Shown one piece after another: positions 1 to 9,800 of a stretch of 64,000 bases of DNA. The notes below the pieces were generated by a model that saw only the letters and a list, made by a program, of their open reading frames with translations, was not told where the DNA came from and did no database searches. Within the stretch, counting starts at the first letter, position 1. Every line of letters starts with the position of its first letter. Source of the stretch: a virus; IMG/VR virus record IMGVR_UViG_3300044294_000190, positions 9,596 through 73,595 of that record. One strand, given 5' to 3'. The position numbers and the translations under genes were made by a program.

Positions 1-130
1 GAGGTTGGGCAACCGTTGTCGTTGCCTGCTGGGTAAACGCAGGAAGAACAGTCCTTTGGGTCGTAGGTGGCAACGACGTTTTCTTTGGCGTTGTTTCTAC
101 ACTAAGTTTCCTTTCCCACCAAGAACTCAT
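1..130 (-). CDS. Hypothetical protein, partial (runs off window edge), MSSWWERKL...
   Basis: ATG at 130 overlaps the stop of 127..492 (ATGA coupling); frame is open to the window edge. Confidence 0.6.
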   Translation of the reverse strand, partial: MSSWWERKLSVETTPKKTSLPPTTQRTVLPAFTQQATTTVAQP

Positions 131-492
131 TCAACTACCACTTCTCCAAGTAATGCAATTTTTTCGTTCATGAGTAATTTTTGAACAAGGGCAATTCCAT
201 AAGCAAGAATGATTGACTTGGTTTGATTAACTATTTCCACTACCTCCGGATTGTCATCGGATAGTTCTTGCATTCCTTTGGTTAACACTTCAGAAAACCA
301 TTCTACAGATTCAACGACTTCATTAAAGATACCAAGTCCATATAACATTTCCCATTGATCAGAAACCCATTCCTGTTCCTTGACTTTAACATCCTCTGAT
401 GTTCCAGTAAATCCGTGTTGTTTTGCAATATCTTGTCCAAGGTACATGGAAAGCATCAAATAAAAAGTTCTTTTATCAATGATGTGATTCAT
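127..492 (-). CDS. Hypothetical protein
   Basis: ORF coupled to the polymerase stop; acidic and helical. Confidence 0.7.
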   Translation of the reverse strand: MNHIIDKRTFYLMLSMYLGQDIAKQHGFTGTSEDVKVKEQEWVSDQWEMLYGLGIFNEVVESVEWFSEVLTKGMQELSDDNPEVVEIVNQTKSIILAYGIALVQKLLMNEKIALLGEVVVE

Positions 493-2531
493 TTTCCTTT
501 AGCCTCCGACCAGCTATGCGCTGTATGACAAGATACTTTAAGTGATACCCCCATGATAGATCGATTATGGCCCATGGCGTTTACAAAAAGTTCTTGAACG
601 TCTTCACTTTCGGGAGAAACCGCAACGAGCTCGTCGTGAACCTGCACGACTAACTTAGCATTTGTATCTTTAAAAGCAGAAAAAACTTGAATCATGGCAT
701 CTTTACAAATATCTGCGGCTGAGCCTTGAATAACCGCGTTAATTGCTTGGCGTTCGGCTCTCGATGCAAGTTCAGGATTGGAAGACGTGATGTCAATAAG
801 CCGACGGCGGCGACCACTTAGTGTGGTTACGTACCCTCTTTTTTGAGCAAGCGTAATGGTTTTGTTTTTCCATTGAGTAAGTCCCTTAAAACTTTGCTTA
901 TAGGCAGTCAAGATGTTATGGGCGTGGGTGTCATCAATGCCGGTTGTTCTAGCAAGCTTTGCGTAACCACCGCCGTATGCCGTAAGAAAGTTAACACCCT
1001 TGCCAATCTGTCGTTCTTCAGAAGTAACTTTCTCCAGTGGTTTTTTAAATACAACTGCGGCGGTTGCGGTGTGAATGTCAATATCTTCATTAAAAATTCG
1101 AAGGAGTTCCTTGTCCTGGCTGAACATGGCCATGACGCGCAACTCAATCTGATCGTAGTCAGCAACAAGCATCTTGTACCCGTCCGGTGGTACAAATAGT
1201 TTTCTTACTGTTGACTCTCTAGGAATGTTTTGGAGGTTGGGATCAGAAGAGGAAAGGCGGCCTGTGGATGTCCTGTGTAGGTGAAATGACGGATGGAGTT
1301 TCCCCCTATTAAGTTTTGGAATAAGCCCCTCAACATAAGTGGACTTTAATTTTTGCAATTCCTGCCAGTCAAGAAGAAGGGGAATAATAGGGTGCTTACC
1401 CCGGAGCTTTTCCAAAGACTCACTATCCACAGATGGTGCGTTATTTGGTGTTTTCTTGGGTGGCTTGAGACCAAGACCACCCTTTCGCTTTTTGTTAAAA
1501 AGAAACTGTTGTTTCTCCTTATTTGAGTCGGGGTTAAACCCGGGGTAAGCGATCTCTGAAATGGCTAGCAACGTATCTTTAAGCTTATTATCAAGTTCTT
1601 TGCGCAGGGATTTCAGTGATGAGTAATCAACTGAAATACCTTCTTCTTCCATGTGCATGATGACGTATAGCAAATCCATGTCTTTCTCAAGCACCGGAAT
1701 AAGGGGGCAATCAATCTTAATTTTTGCAATAAGTTTCTTATAGGTGAGCCACGCCCACCGGGCATCTAAATGAACATAGCGAGCAGCAACATCGAATGGA
1801 ACATTATCAATGTTCTTTCCAATTTTTCCTTCTCGATAGGCATTGTGGTTGGAAAAATTATGTTGGATGAGACTGACAAGGGAGAAGCTGCTGATGTTCT
1901 CATCACATATATGTTGAAGCACCATGGTGTCGCAGTAGGGCTTTGATGGCAGTTCACCGTAGTACTTTTGAATGGATCTAGCGTCAAACTTAACGTTGTG
2001 GTTTACTTTTACGCAGTCGCTGAAAAATAATGGTCGCAGAGCTTCAAACACTTCAAAACGATCAAGTTGTTGTGGCGGTAATTCAAACGTTGCTGGAATC
2101 ACGTACTTTGTTTTAGCAAGAGACTCAGAACCATCTTTTAAAACTTTGCGATATCCGGGTGGTGGGACGGTTGATCCATCACCCCTCACCTCTGGTGTAA
2201 TTACTTTGCCAATCTTGTGTCCCATGGGGATTGCCCAGGAGTGTTCTGTCGTAGCAATGCCCATCCAAAACACTTCGTTGCGCTTCGGGTCGAGGGCCAG
2301 CTGAGATAAATATCGTTGTCGTATGACTTCTGTTGATCGAGAAACAATGTCAGCACTGGGGTTCTTGAGTGTTTTGATGTGTTCTGCGCACTCTTTTTCA
2401 AAAAGCTCTAAAACGTCAGAATGACGCTCAAGAACCCCACGTGACTCAATATCAAACGAGAACGCCCCGGCTGCCTTTACAACAGAAACAATTTCGCTGA
2501 TTTCGGAAACGGTGTGGACCGTTAAGGCCAT
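489..2531 (-). CDS. polA: Family A DNA polymerase (3'-5' exonuclease + polymerase, no 5'-3' exonuclease)
   Basis: ExoI FDIES, ExoII HNVKFD, TGRLSSSDPNLQNIP, motif A DYDQIELR, motif B KGVNFLTAYG, motif C QVHDEL. Confidence 0.97.
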   Translation of the reverse strand: MALTVHTVSEISEIVSVVKAAGAFSFDIESRGVLERHSDVLELFEKECAEHIKTLKNPSADIVSRSTEVIRQRYLSQLALDPKRNEVFWMGIATTEHSWAIPMGHKIGKVITPEVRGDGSTVPPPGYRKVLKDGSESLAKTKYVIPATFELPPQQLDRFEVFEALRPLFFSDCVKVNHNVKFDARSIQKYYGELPSKPYCDTMVLQHICDENISSFSLVSLIQHNFSNHNAYREGKIGKNIDNVPFDVAARYVHLDARWAWLTYKKLIAKIKIDCPLIPVLEKDMDLLYVIMHMEEEGISVDYSSLKSLRKELDNKLKDTLLAISEIAYPGFNPDSNKEKQQFLFNKKRKGGLGLKPPKKTPNNAPSVDSESLEKLRGKHPIIPLLLDWQELQKLKSTYVEGLIPKLNRGKLHPSFHLHRTSTGRLSSSDPNLQNIPRESTVRKLFVPPDGYKMLVADYDQIELRVMAMFSQDKELLRIFNEDIDIHTATAAVVFKKPLEKVTSEERQIGKGVNFLTAYGGGYAKLARTTGIDDTHAHNILTAYKQSFKGLTQWKNKTITLAQKRGYVTTLSGRRRRLIDITSSNPELASRAERQAINAVIQGSAADICKDAMIQVFSAFKDTNAKLVVQVHDELVAVSPESEDVQELFVNAMGHNRSIMGVSLKVSCHTAHSWSEAKGK

Positions 2532-2534
2532 CAG

Positions 2535-3257
2535 TTAATCCGCTTGGACAATCTCTGAGGCAATTTCCAGGAGGTCGGTGTGCGACGGAACCTGAATGAT
2601 GTCGGAGGAATATGCCTTGTTGCGAAGTGCCGACATGGTTTCATCGGACAACGCCTGCAGGTTGAACTCCGTCAGGTCACGCTCACGCACGAGTTGAAGC
2701 AGGGTTTGGGTCTGAGCGCCCTTGCCAGTGCGGGAAATTGCCCAGTAGTGCTTGGACAACGGGCCCTGTCGTGGGTCGTTGTGATAGTTGCGAAGCTGGT
2801 CGATGAGACGAACCCCAACCTCCAACGAACGGATATCCGGATCCTCGTTGCTGGTCAACAGCGCCACGTTAAACGCAAACTTGCTGTTGGCACGAAGGCC
2901 TGCCTTGCACAGAGGACAGCCGTTGGGGTGGTTGCTGAGGCAGATGAAAGATTTCTGTCCCTCGCGCTCAACCCAGTGGGTTCGGAATGATGCGTACGGC
3001 TCATCTTCAATGAACTTGATGATCTGTGCATCTTCAGTGATCTTGAGACGCTGTGCGTATGGCGTGGTTGCCTCTTGCACTTTCTGTGCGGCTACCCACC
3101 CACGCTTGATGACCATCGTTGCTGATGCCGTGGTTGGGGCGGGCTTGTCAACGCGCTCCTTCTTCGTCATTGTCGTGACGTTCTTTGCGGTGTCGTCAAT
3201 GGGTTCCATGTCAATGGTGTCATCGACTTCGAACTCTTCACTATATTTGTTTGGCAT
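2535..3257 (-). CDS. Single-stranded DNA-binding protein (gp32-like, Zn-binding)
   Basis: H..C..CPLC motif, SRTGKG-type loop, acidic termini, adjacent to the polymerase. Confidence 0.75.
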   Translation of the reverse strand: MPNKYSEEFEVDDTIDMEPIDDTAKNVTTMTKKERVDKPAPTTASATMVIKRGWVAAQKVQEATTPYAQRLKITEDAQIIKFIEDEPYASFRTHWVEREGQKSFICLSNHPNGCPLCKAGLRANSKFAFNVALLTSNEDPDIRSLEVGVRLIDQLRNYHNDPRQGPLSKHYWAISRTGKGAQTQTLLQLVRERDLTEFNLQALSDETMSALRNKAYSSDIIQVPSHTDLLEIASEIVQAD

Positions 3258-3272
3258 GATATTTGTCCTTTG

Positions 3273-3707
3273 TTACTTTGTCCAGTGTTGTTTGATGTAT
3301 CTCTTGAATTCACTCCATTTAGCTGAACTCAACCTTGGCTGATCGCCAATGAATCGCTCAACTGCTTGGATAATCAACTCTACCTGTGCGCGAGTGTAAA
3401 GACGACGACCCTTGGACTGTTTTCCAGGAAGTTGTTGTGACTTTGGTATCGCGCTTCGGTAGGTTGCGGGAGGAATCCACCCCCGGCTTTCCCACATCCG
3501 CAGGGTGACCGGCTTCCGGCCCAAAAGCCTGGCCAGTTGCCCTACGGTGTAGAACTCTTGACGCACACCGTTGATGGTGTAAATCGTCGGCTTTACGTTA
3601 TCAGAGGGGTCTCCCAAGGTTTCGTACCCTTTTCTATTTTTTGGCTTTTTTGAGCCGGGGTAGTTTGGAAGATCTTTGAAAATGTTATTTAAACTTTCAG
3701 TGCCCAA
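3273..3707 (-). CDS. MerR-type HTH DNA-binding protein
   Basis: FYTVGQLARLLGRKPVTLRMWESRGWIP...RRLYTRAQV; TTG start at 3707 with GGAG SD preferred over the ORF start at 3764. Confidence 0.8.
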   Translation of the reverse strand: MGTESLNNIFKDLPNYPGSKKPKNRKGYETLGDPSDNVKPTIYTINGVRQEFYTVGQLARLLGRKPVTLRMWESRGWIPPATYRSAIPKSQQLPGKQSKGRRLYTRAQVELIIQAVERFIGDQPRLSSAKWSEFKRYIKQHWTK

Positions 3708-4078
3708 GATTCTTTCTCCATGTAAAAAGACTTTATTTGTTCTTGCAATTCTGGGTTTTGCCATGCTAATCCAAGGATTTTGTCCTCATTTAACACTTCT
3801 ACTACTTCTTTAACGACATCCCAATGTCCGTTTTGTTTTGCCCATGCTTCAGCAGCAGATGCGTTAAATACTTTACTAACACGGCGTTCTCGTTTAATTT
3901 CAACATCGTCAATGGTAAGCCAAATGTGTCCGTTGTTATCTGTGGTTCCCAACGTGGTGAGAGCTTCTGTCAACTTGGTTTTCATTTCAGCGTTGCGCTT
4001 CTCAAGAGAGTCGATCATCTCTTTGGCTTTCTTGTACTCACGCACAAGGCCTTTAACGTAGTCTTCATCTAGTGACAT
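3689..4078 (-). CDS. Coiled-coil phage protein of unknown function
   Basis: Compact ORF with SD; N-terminal coiled coil. Confidence 0.65.
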   Translation of the reverse strand: MSLDEDYVKGLVREYKKAKEMIDSLEKRNAEMKTKLTEALTTLGTTDNNGHIWLTIDDVEIKRERRVSKVFNASAAEAWAKQNGHWDVVKEVVEVLNEDKILGLAWQNPELQEQIKSFYMEKESWALKV

Positions 4079-4079
4079 G

Positions 4080-5621
4080 TCATACCTCGCTTGTTTTGAG
4101 AAAATCGCTTAATGTTCCTAATGTTATTTGATAGCTATTACTGTAGTCGTACTCACCGTCGATAAACGCTTTATTGATATTGCGTTTTTCTTGAAGCATT
4201 TCATATTGGCGTTCTTCTACGCTTCCTTCCATAACTAACGCCACAATGTTAACGTGGGTGTGCTCGGACGACAACCTGATAATGCGAGACTCTCTCTGGT
4301 CGAGTTTTCCGGCACTCCAAGGCAAGTCATACGAAATAAGGTAATTGGCTACCGGCAGGTCCAGACCATAGCCACCGGCATCAGATGACAGAAACAGCCG
4401 TACGGAGGGATCGTTCGTAAACGTTTGTTTGGCAACATCTCGTTGGGCATTGTTCATGGTTCCGTCAAAAATAACGCTTCTGGTCAGGTGGGCCGTTGCT
4501 TTTTGTATCAACTTAAGGTTGTAGGTGTAAAACGAAAACAGGACCACTTTGTTTTTGGGATCTTCATTCAATACCGTTTCAAGATATTCAACCAGTGTTT
4601 CTTGTTTTGGAGATTTTAGTTTTGAATAAACAATCCCTCGCTTGACAAGTTTGTTGGCGTATTCACTGCCCTGTTTTGTTGTTGTGTTGTGCAAGTGGGC
4701 AGATAAAAGAACAAGCTGTGGGTTATCGCAAAACATTCTAAGTGCGGTGATTTGAGACATGATGAATCCTTGGTCAGAGTTGTCTTGTCTACCGTAATAG
4801 TGAGTCCAAAGATCAAAACCACGACCAAACGTGCTGATGGCTTTTTGAATTGAATCAAGCAGTTCTCGAGCAATAATCCGATACGCCCTGGCCCCATCTT
4901 TGTCAAACGGAACCGGGATAACGGAGTGAACAATTTTGGGAAGCTGGTCTGCGATGTCTTCTCGACGTTTACGAATCATTACTGGGCGAAGACTGTTTTG
5001 TAACACGTCAAGGTTTCGATAGCGAAGTGGTCTTCCAAACATCCTGTCACGAACAATAAAAGTACGGTCAAACGTATTGAAGTCTCCCAAGATCTTGGAA
5101 TTGACAAACTCCATGATTGAAAACAATTCTTCGGGTCGGTTTTCAATTGGTTGTCCGGTGAGGGCAAATCGATAATGATATGTTTTGCCAATGCGCTTGA
5201 GCATCCGCGAACGCTGCGAGCGTGGAGTTTTAATCATGGTTGCTTCATCAATCACCATTGCCCCAAATGCTTGTTCGGAATAATACGAAAAATCTCGCTT
5301 GAGCGATTCGGGATTCACAATTACATAGCGAGACCCAATAGATTTTCTCCATAAATCAACGCGGGTGTTTTGTGACCCGTCAATTACAGTTGCATGTGCA
5401 TCAGTAAACTTTTGTACCTCACGAAGCCACTGGTACTTGAGCGCCGCCGGAACAACAATCAATGCTCGTTCAATTTCTTTGTTTTCGTACAAGTATTCAA
5501 GTGCGGCAAGTGTCGTCACCGTCTTACCGGCGCCCATCACGAGCGCCAGGAGCATCTGTCCGCGTTCGACCATTACATCAACGGCCTCTTGTTGAAAAGG
5601 GTAAAGTTTTCCTTTAAACAT
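4080..5621 (-). CDS. SNF2-family (SF2) helicase
   Basis: MGAGKT Walker A, DEAT box, ALTGQP, GGYGLDL, QRESRIIR; start moved to MFKGKLYPFQ. Confidence 0.93.
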   Translation of the reverse strand: MFKGKLYPFQQEAVDVMVERGQMLLALVMGAGKTVTTLAALEYLYENKEIERALIVVPAALKYQWLREVQKFTDAHATVIDGSQNTRVDLWRKSIGSRYVIVNPESLKRDFSYYSEQAFGAMVIDEATMIKTPRSQRSRMLKRIGKTYHYRFALTGQPIENRPEELFSIMEFVNSKILGDFNTFDRTFIVRDRMFGRPLRYRNLDVLQNSLRPVMIRKRREDIADQLPKIVHSVIPVPFDKDGARAYRIIARELLDSIQKAISTFGRGFDLWTHYYGRQDNSDQGFIMSQITALRMFCDNPQLVLLSAHLHNTTTKQGSEYANKLVKRGIVYSKLKSPKQETLVEYLETVLNEDPKNKVVLFSFYTYNLKLIQKATAHLTRSVIFDGTMNNAQRDVAKQTFTNDPSVRLFLSSDAGGYGLDLPVANYLISYDLPWSAGKLDQRESRIIRLSSEHTHVNIVALVMEGSVEERQYEMLQEKRNINKAFIDGEYDYSNSYQITLGTLSDFLKTSEV

Positions 5622-6549
5622 TTGTAATCCACCACGGTAGCACTGACGCTTTAGTAACTGCTTCATAGATCTCAGAGTCTGTCATGTCTCCAATATCTTT
5701 AGCAGATGTATGACGATATCTTAACCATGTAACAGGGTATCTGAACGATGGTAAAAACTTTTTTAATTTCTTTGCCGAATTAATGCCTGCCTCGTCGTTG
5801 TCTAAGGCAACTACAAGCTTATTTACGTACATGGAAAGCAGGGAAATCTGGCTCTTGCTGATGTGAGCACCAAAAGAAGCAAGACCACATACTCCGTCCA
5901 TAACTGTGTTCAGCCGGACTACGTCCAGGGGGGATTCAACAAGCACACATGTACCAGAGTTAATAGAGTCAATGCCAAACAATGTTTTTGATTTAGAAAC
6001 GCCAGTTGGATAGTTTAAAACGCGGGATTTGGATTTAGATTGCCAACCCAGTAGTTCTCCTGTGGGAGCAACAATTGGGATCACCCACGCTTGAGTTGAT
6101 GGGTCCCATCGAATACCGTACCGGCGAACTGCTTCCCTGTCGATGTTCTTCTCCTGCAGTCGCGCATCAGATGGAACAGAAAACTTGCTAAAAATAAGCC
6201 AATCAACAGGTACGTTTTTTTCTTCTGATTTTGGTGTTGAAATTCGACCAAGGCTATTGTTAATCAAAAATTTGTGAATCGCAACAATAGAATCCGTTTC
6301 TCCAGTGATCTCAGAAACAAGCTGAGAAAGCGTGCCACGAGCACCGCACGAGTAACAAATCCACAATCCGGTATTTCCATTCATTGACCATGATGGGGAC
6401 TTGTCTTCTTTGCCAGTACGCGAAAAATGTACTGGGCATCTGGCTGAGATTTCCTTTTCCCCTGCTCTAACAACGTCAACGCCAAGGCGGCGTAAAACGT
6501 CAGCAAGGTCAGTAATACCAGTTGTCTGTGTCATTGTCGTCATCAGCAT
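5614..6549 (-). CDS. DNA primase (CHC2 zinc finger + TOPRIM)
   Basis: CPVH...CYSC; LVESPLD; ALDNDEAG; KDIGD. Confidence 0.92.
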   Translation of the reverse strand: MLMTTMTQTTGITDLADVLRRLGVDVVRAGEKEISARCPVHFSRTGKEDKSPSWSMNGNTGLWICYSCGARGTLSQLVSEITGETDSIVAIHKFLINNSLGRISTPKSEEKNVPVDWLIFSKFSVPSDARLQEKNIDREAVRRYGIRWDPSTQAWVIPIVAPTGELLGWQSKSKSRVLNYPTGVSKSKTLFGIDSINSGTCVLVESPLDVVRLNTVMDGVCGLASFGAHISKSQISLLSMYVNKLVVALDNDEAGINSAKKLKKFLPSFRYPVTWLRYRHTSAKDIGDMTDSEIYEAVTKASVLPWWITNV

Positions 6550-7771
6550 CTTCTCCCACTTCGGTAAAATTCATGTTCGCCCAATCCCAGTTAATACGTA
6601 TTTCTCCAAGGGGTGCGGACCTGGCTAGAACAACTCTAATGATGGCCTGTTCTTCAATATCGGGATCTGCTTCTACGCCAAGGACAAGGTCGGAATCCTG
6701 AGCAAATGAAGAGGTGTAACCAATCGCATCTGATGTAATTTTTCTTGACTTGCGATTGTTGAGCTTCCACGACAATACTTGGGTAGTTCCAACAATTGGG
6801 ATGTCTTCATTTTGGGCAACTCGTTTTAGGGACCGAGTGATGTTGGTGAGTGCCTGTGGTGATCCCTTTGGTTCTTCGTTCTCGTCATCCATCAAGTACA
6901 CACCGTCAACAAACAAAATATCCGGTTTATATTCTTTAATTTTTGCGGCAAGTGCCCCAACTGTTGTTAGAGCAGATGTGTCTTCAGTAATGATAAAGGG
7001 GTGCATGTTCTTTCTCATCCTAAGAGTATTAGCAACTTTTTCTAATTCCTTTTCACTCATTGCCCCGCGTAGGATGTTGCTGTAGGGGACGCCCGCGACG
7101 ATTGCGTCGTATCGAGCCGCTTGTTCATCTGCCGACATTTCAAACGATACAAACAGGGGCGTTTTTCCGTGCAGGTGAGCTGCATTTGCCATGTACAAAG
7201 TCATTAATGATTTACCACGCTTTGCCTCACCAACAAAGGTGATTAGCTGCTGTGGACGAAATCCGGATGTAATTCTATCTAGGCCGAGCAATCCGGTTGG
7301 AATGCCGCGTAAACCGTTGGGTGTTTTCTGCAATTCAATGTATTTCTCAACTCGTTGTTCCCATGTCTCAATAAGGTTTACGTCTCGAAGTTTGGTTGTA
7401 TCTGTAGTGGCTTTATTTACGCCTTTTGTAAGCAGTGTAAGTGCGGCATTTACTGCGCCTTGCTCAAGTGCAGGCATCGCCTCCGCAACGGACTCAAGTA
7501 GACTTCTGTGTTTGTAAGACTTGTAAACCTCGTCAATTAACCCACTAAATGGTTCTTTAGAGGCATCAACAAAGGTAATGTCACCAAATTGTTGTTTGAC
7601 TGCTCGAGTGGTTGGTACAGAATTGTGCTCACGCCAATAAATAATGATCCATTCCCAAACATGGCTCCACGCCGATGTGAAATGTATGTTTTTGATACCA
7701 AGCTTTAGGGGGTGCGTAATGTTTTGTTCTTGGATTATCTTGCTAATAAGGAGATGTTCTGCACTAGCCAT
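6509..7771 (-). CDS. dnaB: DnaB-like replicative helicase
   Basis: GIPTG..GLD, GEAKRGKS, SFEMS, FVDGVYLM, SFAQDSD. Confidence 0.93.
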   Translation of the reverse strand: MASAEHLLISKIIQEQNITHPLKLGIKNIHFTSAWSHVWEWIIIYWREHNSVPTTRAVKQQFGDITFVDASKEPFSGLIDEVYKSYKHRSLLESVAEAMPALEQGAVNAALTLLTKGVNKATTDTTKLRDVNLIETWEQRVEKYIELQKTPNGLRGIPTGLLGLDRITSGFRPQQLITFVGEAKRGKSLMTLYMANAAHLHGKTPLFVSFEMSADEQAARYDAIVAGVPYSNILRGAMSEKELEKVANTLRMRKNMHPFIITEDTSALTTVGALAAKIKEYKPDILFVDGVYLMDDENEEPKGSPQALTNITRSLKRVAQNEDIPIVGTTQVLSWKLNNRKSRKITSDAIGYTSSFAQDSDLVLGVEADPDIEEQAIIRVVLARSAPLGEIRINWDWANMNFTEVGEDADDDNDTDNWYY

Positions 7772-8211
7772 TACAAGTTCCAGCTTGTTTTAGGGGTGAC
7801 TACGGTTGCTTTCATGCCAATCTTTCTTGCGTGTTCTTGATCTGCAACGTAAATGGTTTTTATTTCTGGAAAAAACTTTGAGGTTTCGGCCAAGTCATCT
7901 ATGTCGGCGTAGGGGACCACCGTAGTAGATATGTTTCGTTTAATCAACCACCTGTCAATTGCTTCAGCAATGTCAACGGGAAACAAAGTATAAACAGCAA
8001 CGCCAATTTGTTTTCGATTAATGGTATCAATGACGTGTTTTAATGGAATTTCATTTGCTTTCCAATAGGAAAGATATGCATCGTAATCGTTAGCTCGTAG
8101 ACGGATGTTCGCAATGATTTTACCTACTGTATCGGGTGGGGAGGCCAGTACGCCCTCAAAAAGAACCGCGACTCCTGGGGGAGAATAGGCAAAAATGTCA
8201 TTCCTCTCCAT
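7771..8211 (-). CDS. Hypothetical protein (possible degenerate HAD-like fold)
   Basis: Coupled ORF in the replication operon; VAVLFEGVLA resembles HAD motif I without the Asp. Confidence 0.55.
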   Translation of the reverse strand: MERNDIFAYSPPGVAVLFEGVLASPPDTVGKIIANIRLRANDYDAYLSYWKANEIPLKHVIDTINRKQIGVAVYTLFPVDIAEAIDRWLIKRNISTTVVPYADIDDLAETSKFFPEIKTIYVADQEHARKIGMKATVVTPKTSWNL

Positions 8212-8845
8212 TCGCTCTCCACAACCGGTAGTCCTCACCAAGAAATGGAATAAACAAACAACAATCTGTAATGATTGAAGAAAACCTGTTTCCGTAAATT
8301 GATGAAAGTTTATTTATTGGGATATCTGTCGTGATGATTGTGGGCAACTGGTTTTCGTAACGCTTGCTAAGCATAGATGTAAGAGATTTCTTGGCAAACT
8401 CAGACTGTCGTCGCTCTGTACCAAGACCATCCAAAACAAGGATGTCGTAAACGTTGTCGATGTAGTAAATAGTGTCCGCATCTGACGATTCGTCGTCGTA
8501 ATGATCATTGTCAAAGGATGAGTAAGAAGTCTCTAGATATTGCTCTGCCGTAATAAAATATCCGCAAACTTCCGATGTGGCTACGGCACGTTTAAGTATT
8601 GATGTGGCAATGTGTGTCTTACCACTACCTGTACCACCAAACAAATACAGACCAACTCCATTGTTAAGGTTGTCTTTAAGATTGTTTAGCCAGTGGTTGG
8701 CGTATACCAGAACATCCTGGCTTCCGTTTTCTTGATCGTAGTTGTCCAAAGTTGCAGAGATGTATTTCTTAGGTATAAACGTGTTCTTCAAACGCTCTTC
8801 AACGGGGCGTTTGCGCCAATATTTTTGACTCTTCAATTCACCCAT
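8198..8845 (-). CDS. DnaC/IstB-like AAA+ helicase loader
   Basis: GLYLFGGTGSGKTH, LVLDGLGTE, RYENQLPTIITT, YGNRFSS. Confidence 0.88.
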   Translation of the reverse strand: MGELKSQKYWRKRPVEERLKNTFIPKKYISATLDNYDQENGSQDVLVYANHWLNNLKDNLNNGVGLYLFGGTGSGKTHIATSILKRAVATSEVCGYFITAEQYLETSYSSFDNDHYDDESSDADTIYYIDNVYDILVLDGLGTERRQSEFAKKSLTSMLSKRYENQLPTIITTDIPINKLSSIYGNRFSSIITDCCLFIPFLGEDYRLWRANGEE

Positions 8846-9242
8846 TTTTGTTTCCCTTTTTAAAACGTTTGTCAACAGTATACGATTCATAAGAATAAGT
8901 TCTGGACCCAACTTTTATTTTTTCGTATAAAGGATCAAGCCTTAATAAAAAACCACGCCAGGCCGGAAGCGTCGTTGGTAGTGGGGTTTGTTTTATATCG
9001 TGAGCAAACTGATCAATCATTAGCACTATTTCATCGTTTGAAATTCCTTGTTGTCGAAGTTTTTTAAATGCTTTCATTAATGCAACACCATTGACCGGGG
9101 CAGACAAAGTCATTGTTGTCGGCACAACAGTATTTTTGAAATAGTAAACAAGCTCCTTAATCGACGTTTTCTTTTTTGGTTGTTTAACAACCTTTTTTTC
9201 GTCGTCTGCTCCTAGCGCCTTACCCCAAGAATCAGAGTTCAT
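8838..9242 (-). CDS. Hypothetical replication-module protein
   Basis: Coupled ORF between the initiator and the loader. Confidence 0.6.
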   Translation of the reverse strand: MNSDSWGKALGADDEKKVVKQPKKKTSIKELVYYFKNTVVPTTMTLSAPVNGVALMKAFKKLRQQGISNDEIVLMIDQFAHDIKQTPLPTTLPAWRGFLLRLDPLYEKIKVGSRTYSYESYTVDKRFKKGNKNG

Positions 9243-9799
9243 GTCAATGACTCATAAAGTGTTTCATACAAACCCGCTAGCTCTTGTTTAAATAAATCTT
9301 CATTACCTTCTTGAGCTAGCACGGATACGGCTATGGAAAATAAATTGCTGGTGTGGGCGTTTACTAGCACAATTGGTATTGAGTATTTGATTTTTTGTTC
9401 TAGTAAATCATTGGCCCAATGATTAAAAAAACTTTTACGTCGCCCAATCTCATCATCGTAATTACCCGTAGTCCACCCATCTAATACGCACGACCACCCA
9501 GGAAGTGTGATGTCCATGTACCCGCGCCACATACTGGTAGATACCCATTCCGCCCTGACTATAAGTGGTTTCTTTTTCCAGGTAATGGGTGAGTCTCCGT
9601 ATTCATCAAGCTGTACAAAGTTTGCAATGTAATATGTGTTTACTTTTTCGTCATCTATTAAATAAATTGTTTCGCAGTTATCAAGATCTGCACTGTAACA
9701 ACTTTCGCAAAAGGGACCATCACCGTTTTCCGGATACCATGAAAAATCTTCTTCTTCAATTCTTGCTTCGCAAAGTATGCAAGCGTTTTTTGTGGTCAT
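9239..9799 (-). CDS. Hypothetical protein with N-terminal CxxC...CxxC zinc ribbon
   Basis: CILC ... CESC. Confidence 0.65.
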   Translation of the reverse strand: MTTKNACILCEARIEEEDFSWYPENGDGPFCESCYSADLDNCETIYLIDDEKVNTYYIANFVQLDEYGDSPITWKKKPLIVRAEWVSTSMWRGYMDITLPGWSCVLDGWTTGNYDDEIGRRKSFFNHWANDLLEQKIKYSIPIVLVNAHTSNLFSIAVSVLAQEGNEDLFKQELAGLYETLYESLT

Positions 9800-9800
9800 A

